A stretch of DNA of 64,000 nt from Phoronis australis. Its lineage: Eukaryota > Animalia > Phoronida. Below the pieces are notes generated by a model, which did no database searches, was not told the origin of the DNA, and worked only from the letters and a program-made list of their open reading frames with translations. This document shows positions 43,101 through 52,100 of this stretch, one piece after another. Position 1 is the first letter of the stretch, and each line of letters starts with the position of its first letter. A program made the position numbers and the translations under genes. The stretch spans positions 203,362-267,361 of the forward strand of contig NMRA01000040.1 in NCBI GenBank assembly GCA_002633005.1, written 5' to 3'.

Positions 43101-46100
43101 ACAACATCACTCTCAATATATCGAACGCAAGTGTGCTAAACAATTTTGGCTCTGGTGATTTTCCTTCACTGATGCTTCAAAAAGTGCTCTTTTGTTTAAC
43201 CAAACTGAAAATGCGTTGACAATCCCTGCTAGACAATGTGTTAACCATGTACTTGTCGAAACACCAGAAGAGCAGGAATATTGTTACACAAAATCAGCTT
43301 CAGATAGAGGTCATTTATATGTATATGTTTGTTCTTCGCAAGTCTGCTTGGTTTCCTACATTAATGTAATGCGCAATCAACTTGACCTCAAAACCATGTG
43401 GTATCACATTGTTAAAAGTTAAGACACGTTCTTCTCGACAACAGTTGCCATGGATCTGATTACAGTAGTAAACATTTTTTACATCATTTAGCTTCACCGT
43501 AGGCGTCTCTACACAGCTTATGATTTCAACTTTGTTGTGTCGCCCAATAAATCAATTCCTGTAGCCAATGAAGATCCAAGATTAAATGTAGACAATGTAT
43601 TTTAAATTTCTTATTGTCTCTACTTTTTTGCTAATGAATATCAGGCGGTAATCCCTGTAAGTGAAAGTTTGGGTAAATGAACAGATCTGTGTATGAAAAA
43701 ATTGAGCATTCGAGAACTGACCTAGTCCACGGTTAAATCTATTTGTTTAAAGTGAAACGTGCAGACTAATTCTTTATCTCTGTCATTGCTTGACCAAATT
43801 AGTTAGAAAGGCAATATATAGCAATGATGTGAATATGAAGTAGGTTGAAAATTGCCAAATGTTTTAAAGAATGAGATTTGTGTGGAAAATGATCCGTCGC
43901 AAATCAGTGAACCGTGTCCAGTATTTATCGTGACGTGGTGCTGAGGAATAACACTGCATGAAGAGGGCTATGTGAGCCCGCAAGGTACATCATTAGTGCA
44001 AATTTCACCTATTTGCAGAATTTTTTGTTTTCACATTTACAAGTTGTCAGTGAATACAACTGCACTTTGTTTACTGTAGATTACATTACAATAGCATTTA
44101 GTTCTTGTTATACATTAAAGAACAAGTTATTAAAACACGTTTGTGATATGAAATACAAATGAACAAGGGCCATGTTGACTCTGGTGCTATTCAAAATTTG
44201 CGTCTAATTTCAGGTCCTGCGGGTGCTAAAGGTGAGACCGGTTTTCCTGGAATAAACGGTAAAGATGGTGAGCCAGGCTTGCCTGGTATTGACGGACGCC
44301 CTGGCCCCGCGGGAGAACGTGGACCTAAGGGACAGCCTGGACGTATTGGCTTGGATGGACCGCCTGGTGATTTTGGCTTGCCTGGAGACAAAGGTACCGT
44401 ACCATAAGTGCCCTACTGTCTTCCCAACACTTTTATTTCATGGTATTTCCAACAAGGGTGACATCATTGTTGAACATCAAACAAATATGGACCAATATTA
44501 AGGGTAGTATTGGGTCAAATGGACTTAGTAGGAAGCAATGTTGCTCTCTCTTTTGGGTCTATTTTGAGCAAAGCAATTCAAAACCATTAGGTACAGGTGT
44601 GGAATAAAACAATTTTCGTATTATCCATGACTATAGAGCCTATGCTTGGACATGGGTCAGCTAAACTGACTACTAAACAGACCATGGTCATGGTATTTCC
44701 AGCACAAAACATCAGTTTAATTCAAAAGGCTGACTGTGCATGGTAAGTGAGCACAGATCTACAATGGCTGGCAAAACTGAAAAATATTTTGTGGAACAGT
44801 GAACCCCTCAAGATCCATCTGCCATATGACAACATGTCTGAGGGATTAATCTGTATTTTTTATTACACAATTATTGAATGGATGCTTCTTTCCTCTGATT
44901 TGTTCATCTCATTTAAGCTAGATTGGCACATTTTTATCTGCTATGATGTCCTCTCATTGTCTCTTTGTTTACATAGTCACGGGTATATGGTGTCTGCAGG
45001 CTGTAGCTGGTCAGGTCATGAACTGCGACATCTGAGTTATTTCATTTAGTCTGTGTGTACGGTCTCTTAACATTATTCACAAATATTTTTTCTCTGAAAG
45101 TCATCGATACTGACACAAATATGCTTAAATTTTAGCCTTTACCTGTTAATCTTTGAAGTATTGCTATTCGGTCTTTGGTGAATATGACTTAAACTAATGA
45201 TGGAATTTGATTGGGCCTAATTGTTGCTGTGATTTGGTTTTACCTCGTGGTTAAGAAACATGGCTTATACCACGTATTATTTTTAACACCTTAGGATCTA
45301 CTGGCTTGCCTGGATTTAAAGGTGAACCTGGCGTAGGCATTAAGGGTGACCCAGGTGTTCCAGGCTTTCCTGGATTACCTGGTGAAGATGGTCGCAATGG
45401 TCGCAAGGGAGAGTCAGGTATGTACAGTGTGGTACTTTGTGTTAAAATAAGAAAAATAATTGCAGGCGGTCTGGTACAACGGTGTACCAGACTTGCGCAC
45501 TAGCCGGGCATGTGGGCCCATTGCACTGATCACCTGGAAATATTTTTGTACTTTATTAATATATATTTAAAACCGAGCTGAGGAGTTCGAGACTGGACTC
45601 GAGGGTCTAGCAGTGTGGCCCAGTGGTATTCGAACTCACGACCTCGAGTAAAGAAGGCGGGCACCGTCACACTACGCCACACTGCCTCCTCTACTTTGTG
45701 TTGAAGAAAATACACAATGACTGCAACACGTCTGTTGATTAGCTCACAAAACTTGTCCACCGAGTGGACAAGTAGAATTTCTAGAAATTAATTTTAGTCT
45801 GTTAGTAGTAGACAAAGTGTTGATTTGCGCAGACTAGATGTTATGAAACGGAGCGTAGTCAGTTTCCCTCATTCACATGTAGGTAATTAGTCTTAAAAAA
45901 ATAGGGGAGTGTAAGGAATAAGCATTTTGCAAATATTTTCTTCAAATTCATTTAGGCTATTAGTTTTTTATGTAAACATTCAAATATGTTGGATACGTAT
46001 GGATGACAGTGCAGTGATGCAACTTAGGTATGGAAACCAACATGACCAAAACAGACCCCAATATGAAGACAGGATGCCACATTACCAGGTATCGTATAAA

Positions 46101-49100
46101 TGTTACTAAAGTTTGCAAGTGAATGTTTAGTCCAGCCGAATGATCCAGTTGACTAGTGTTGATGGTTATGTTTTTTTATATTTCCAGGTTTCCCCGGGAT
46201 TGATGGGAGACCAGGTCAAAAGGGTGAACCTGGAATCGCTACTATACCTGGACCGAAGGGAGATGCAGGCCGACCTGGTTTACCAGGTGAAAAAGGTGGG
46301 TCACTGAATCTTTAAAATATAATAAAACTTGAACAAGTTAGATCCAACTGGCCAGGGGATTTTATCCAAGTAATAGGAAATTTGACTTATCTGAATGGCC
46401 AAGTCGAACCTTTCTCAGAAACTTTTGTCTGTTGCAAGGAATATGAATCATATACTGGACTTCCTATAAAACTCACTTTCCGGCGTTGTGGAAACTGCAG
46501 GCTCCTACTGGGGATTGAGGACTGTCTAGTTCCTACAAAAATATCGTCACCCTCTGCCGGTGTTCATCGGCAACAACTGAGAGGCCCTGGACTATGAGTT
46601 AGATGGTTTAAATCTGACACCTCCGTGTCTGTTCAGAGAGGGGTTCTTGGCTTTAACCTAGTCCGCCTTTTTGACACCTCGTTCAAACCAAGAAATTTCT
46701 CTGTCCTGTACATTCACATCTTCTGTCTCAAATAACTTTTTAAAGTGCATTAAGTTTAAAAAGATTGCTGTATTTTCTAAATTCTCCATCAATGAAAAAT
46801 TTGAATCCACGCCTTAAAACGTAATGGTGTTGTTTACAATCAATTGACTGCCATCTGTTGCTTTGAACATTTATTTCCAAAAAAAACTTTAACAGACAGT
46901 CTACTTAGTGATTGAAGTGTTTAATTTTAGGCTTTTCATGGGAAATTATGTCTCAATTTTTTTTTCATTATACCGAACAAAAAACCACTGGAACGTTTCA
47001 CATGAATGGACTCGATATTTGGATTTAGCCTCGTCTTGGAATCTTTTGACGTCTGGAGTTGATGTCAAACTTGGGTCTTTAATGATTTTGAAAGTATTTG
47101 AGTAGGTGTTAACCTGGACTAATATGGTAATTTTCGCTGCCATCTTTGTTGATACTTGCCTTGTGGCTGTTACATCTCCACTGTTCCATTTAGGAGTACC
47201 GGGTTTCGATGGTTTGCGTGGCACACCGGGTCGTGACGGATTGAATGGTTTGAATGGTCAGAAAGGTGACGATGGCATACCTGGACTGGATGGGTCTCCA
47301 GGCCCACAGGGACTACCAGGAGCTCCAGGTATGATATGTATTAACTAAAGGTAGATGATGTTTAGATTCTTTTAGTTATCAGTGAAGTGGCATGTAGGCT
47401 CTCGCTATTGTTAAGTTGTGTTTTAATTGAAATAATCGTTGCGCTATGCTACTTTAACTGATCGTGCTATGTGAATAATATGTGTTTTTGCTGCATCCAG
47501 TGACTTAAACACAATACAGCCAGTGTAGCAAAGTTAGGATCAGATATAAAAAGTAGACTAAATAGATGTGTTAGGTTTCGTTCTCTTGTACCCGTTGATG
47601 AATGTATGGTTTTAATAACTTTTTGAACCGTGGTAGATAATTGGCATGCAAGTTGTGCTGCCGGGCAAAAGACTGAGGGAATGTTTATTAATGGACTAGA
47701 CTGATCTTTGGATTTAGCCTCAATTTCTGTAAAAACAGCTGTTGTTTGAAGTTGAAACTAAATCAGAGGTTTTGTAATGAGATCCTACATTACCTTAAAC
47801 CTGTGCTATCAAATGGATTTATTTGAATTTCCGTAGGTCAAGACGGATTTCCTGGCAGGGAAGGCTCCAAGGGTCAACAGGGCAACCCAGGTTTCCCTGG
47901 GGGTCCAGGTCGTTCCGGCAGCAAAGGAGAAACAGGCTTCCCTGGCCCCACTGGACCTGCGGGACAGCCTGGCTTCGACGGTAAAGATGGACTACGCGGC
48001 GACAAGGGAGAGCCAGGCATCCCTGGACCTTTAGGACCTAGAGGACCCAAGGGAGACATTGGTTTTGATGGTGAAAGTGGCCTACCTGGCTCTAGGGGAC
48101 AGGATGGACTGCCAGGCAGAGATGGTAAGAGGCTATTTGTAATTTTGTTGGTGTAATGTTGTTGGTGCTGCCTTAGAAGCTCACTGGAAATAAAAAGTTG
48201 TGCAACACCTTTCAGATGACGGAAAATACTGATGGCTGGTGGCTAATGAAGGGAATTCAAATCTCTTAAGATTGAATGCGCTGAATTCATCTTACTGTTG
48301 CAGACATTCTGTTTAACAAAAACTGACATATGTTTTTGATATTTATTTTTATGCACTCGCATATATGTGATCACTCTGTCCGGGTGTCGACTCGTTATCT
48401 TGAAAGCCCCTAGTCGGATTTTGATGAAATTCGTCGCAAGGATGTAGGGCATCACTAGAATGGTTCATACTACTTTTCAATCTGCTCTTCCCCCTGGGTT
48501 CAGGGGGGCGCTTCTTCTGTCTTTTTGGGGGCAGATTGTTTCCGGATATCTCAAGGAAATCGATTGATGGATTTATGTCAAACATGACCCAGAGGTATAT
48601 GACATCAATGCACTGCCACCATTGTATTTTCTGGTGTATTCAACCACTGCATCACCTCCTAGTGGCCATTTTGTTCTCGCTAAGGGACTTCTCAAATGTT
48701 ATTTGGGGAAGAGTGTTTCTGGATGATATCTAGAGAACCTATCGGCAGATTTCAATGGAACTACACAGAGGTAAACCCTGACAGTGCGCCAGCACCATTT
48801 GATTTTCGAGCAGACTTGACTTCTGCAGCACTTCGTAGTAATGGGTAATTTTTCTTGTGTCTTATATGGGATACCCTCCACCTGTAACAGCAGGTTAGCC
48901 AGTTTATAGCTCTGTCTAGTGTTAGGTTATGGAACCAGCTCATTTTTATTCTACTGACAGCTGAAGGGGGGGGGATTGATGGAGACATGGGGAAATGGAA
49001 CCCAGGAATTGTTGGGGAACCAGGGGAAGAGCTGGTGACGACTGGAGAGAGAGAGAGAACTAAAGTCTGCCATGATTTGTGAAACTCTAAAAAATGTTGG

Positions 49101-52100
49101 GAATTGTGATATTGACAATTTTAACTGCATTAACTGTGGTGATGCCCCCTGTACCTCCTTTTATATAGGAGTATCTCTATAGTTACGGAGCCAGGTGTAT
49201 CCCCATCAACCAACCATCAGGGTGATAATGAAAAAAATAAATTATGGTCCATTTAATATGTAATCCAATTAACATAATGTAAGCTAGACCTGATAACAAC
49301 CCATACTGTCCTGCAATGGCCTGAACACGATAGCTCAATTGACACAGCCAGCCATCAGAACACACGGTCCCTGAATAGATTGCCTCAGCTTTGTCACAGG
49401 TTTAGTTACAGCTAACTGCGCACAGTCCTGAAAACAAAGGTCATGCAATAAGGTCTCTTTAATGTGTCCTTTATTGAATTTCAGGTGAGCCGGGTGTGAG
49501 AGGTCTACGAGGTGAAGATGGACTGCCTGGCCTTCCTGGTCCAGATGGCCCACCTGGACCTAGGGGACCAGATGGATTACCTGGGTCAGATGGTCAGCTA
49601 GGTGAGTCGTGTTAAATGCTACAGGGGACTGATCAGTTTCGACCCTTCCATTACGGCGTTTTCCCGTTGCTCCCAGCTTGTTCGATTCTATAGCCCAACA
49701 ACAAGTTGGGAAGAACACACCTGTAGCCAATATCTTACACGACTGATTAACTCCATTCTGGCATTAAGGGTTGGAGGGCCAGCTCTCTTTTGTTCGATAA
49801 TTGCTCCTAATCTTCAATAAGGTCCTAACTAACCTGACTGGGCTTTGCTGCTAAAAATAAAAGTTAAGTTGTATCATATTTGAACATAAACCAATAGCAT
49901 TTCTGAAATCCTCGTCAAATGGTACTGATCATGTTTAGTTTTTGATTTGCCAAAATCGCCCAACTACAACCAAAGTTACTACAATTTGTTCTTTCCGAAT
50001 GTACCATTTTGGCTCTGGGTTTGACTGTGTTCACACCTGGCCTGTAATAAGCCTGGTAGATAATTGGCCTGTCTTTTGTCATACCAGACAAAAGACTGTG
50101 CTTGGCAATTAACAAAGAAGCTAGATGTTATCACAGGCTCACAACCCTTAAGATCTGGTATAGTCACTGAGCGGAAAAACGCCTGCATTCATGTTACGTC
50201 TCTTTGTTGCAGCATGATAATGCTTCAGTCAAGTGGTCACAACAATTCCACATTCTGTCGACAATGAATGGACTTGATTGATATCTGGATTTGGAAACTG
50301 TTGTAATCTGGGAGTTGTAACTAAACTAGACATATTTGTAAAAATATAGGAAAAAATCAGTAATCCCAACTGGGGTTCCTGATTTTTCTATGTTTATTTG
50401 ATATATTTCATTACTGGCCAACCTCAGCGTCTATATATAGACATATTTGTGATGGGCAGTTTGATCAGATAAGAGAACTGGTTCTCACTGGAAGTCAGCT
50501 CAGTTACCTAGTGAGAGAAAATAAAACAAATTCAAGTGAAATGTTATCGCAGACATATTACATCCTCTGGAGGAAATGTGTTTTGGGTAACTGAAGAATG
50601 AAGGTTAACCACACTAAAGAGGTCACTGTATCTGCCATTTTGTAAGGGAAAGAATGGGGTTGTCCCAGATTGCACGGCGATAAAACACCCCTTTGTCCAA
50701 GAGATACGAAAGGGCGTGACCTAGTTTTGGAAATCTGGACATTTTCGTGTCCCTCTTTGATGTCGAAAAGGCGAAGAACTTCAAATCACGCATCCACGAC
50801 TATTTGTCTTAATTACTAGTTTATCAAATTTTTACGTTGGAAACGCAGCCACAGCACAGCAGTAATTATATACTACTTCATTCTTATTGGTTGGATGAAT
50901 AGAGTAATGTGCGACCGAGAAAAACACTTGTAAAGAATAAGATAACAACAAGTAACATGTGAAACTCCAGTGGCACAAAAACGAGGTAGCAAATGTGCCT
51001 GATTGATGTTTACGGCATTGTGGGTGAATACAGCGAGATTTCGAGTATCGCGTGAAATCCGAAACGATCCTATTCAGAATTCCAACATCGGTAGAATGTG
51101 TGATGGTTTTAACGTACTCGATTTTGAGTGTGAAAAATGCAGGTTTTAGAAGAGTTCGAGTGGAAGTTTGAAGATAAAATGGCCACCATGTCCCATCCAT
51201 CTTGAAACTGATCATGACAAAAACAGTGACCTTGAGCACTATGAGTTGCTTGCTACGTTGAAATTTCACATCAGTCAGATGAAAAATGCATCCTGTAGAG
51301 TGTGAACAAACTTTATTTAGAAAAACTCATTTCATGAAAGAGCAACATACTTTGGCAAGTATTGATTTTAAAAAGACGTTAGGAGTCTGTATTCGAACAT
51401 ATTGGAAAAAAATTTTGAGTACTGTTTGAATGTCATGCTGATTTCAATTGGGTCTTCACAATATTGTAAAAGATATCATACATACTACTTTGCAGCATTT
51501 TGTTCAGTAATCTTTCATTTACACAGTCATGGTCTGTTCAAAAATTGTAATTTGTTAAAATTCAAGTATTTTTATTAGTTATCAATGGCTTATGTCAGCA
51601 TTTGTTTTCTTCATGAAAATGCCCTCTGTATTTAATGGCGTTTCCCCTTACAACACATCACCCGAGTTCAACCTATTGCAGTTTTCAGACTGAATTGCAG
51701 AATGTTATGTGCACTAAACTTTATTATTGATCCTTTTGACAGGTTTACCTGGTCGAGACGGTGACCCTGGTCTTCCCGGCTTACCAGGCATCACCCCACC
51801 TACAGGCTTCCTCTTGGTGAAACACAGTCAGTCAACTGAAGTTCCCCCCTGTCCTCGAGGCATGACCCAGTTGTGGGATGGATACAGTCTGCTTTACTTA
51901 GAAGGAAATGAAAAATCGCACAACCAGGATCTAGGTAAGCTTTATCATGAGAGAGGTTTCTCACTGCCAATGAACCCCCATGAGAGAGACCTAACCACAC
52001 AATCAGTGTCAATAGTGAGGTGGTTAGGAGTCCATGCAGGAATATTCAGTACAGGTGCTTGACTTTCCTCTTGCCAAACCTGTCTTGCAAATTGCAGTAT

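Noticed and set aside
45615-45689. Possible tRNA gene on the minus strand
   Set aside because: A and B boxes are present but no convincing acceptor stem or cloverleaf; better explained as a SINE head.
18516-48059. Pro/Gly/Ser-rich minus-strand ORFs (e.g. 18516-18761, 23165-23389, 35281-35541, 44191-44391, 47874-48059)
   Set aside because: They are antisense shadows of Gly-X-Y exons and coincide with + strand collagen exons.
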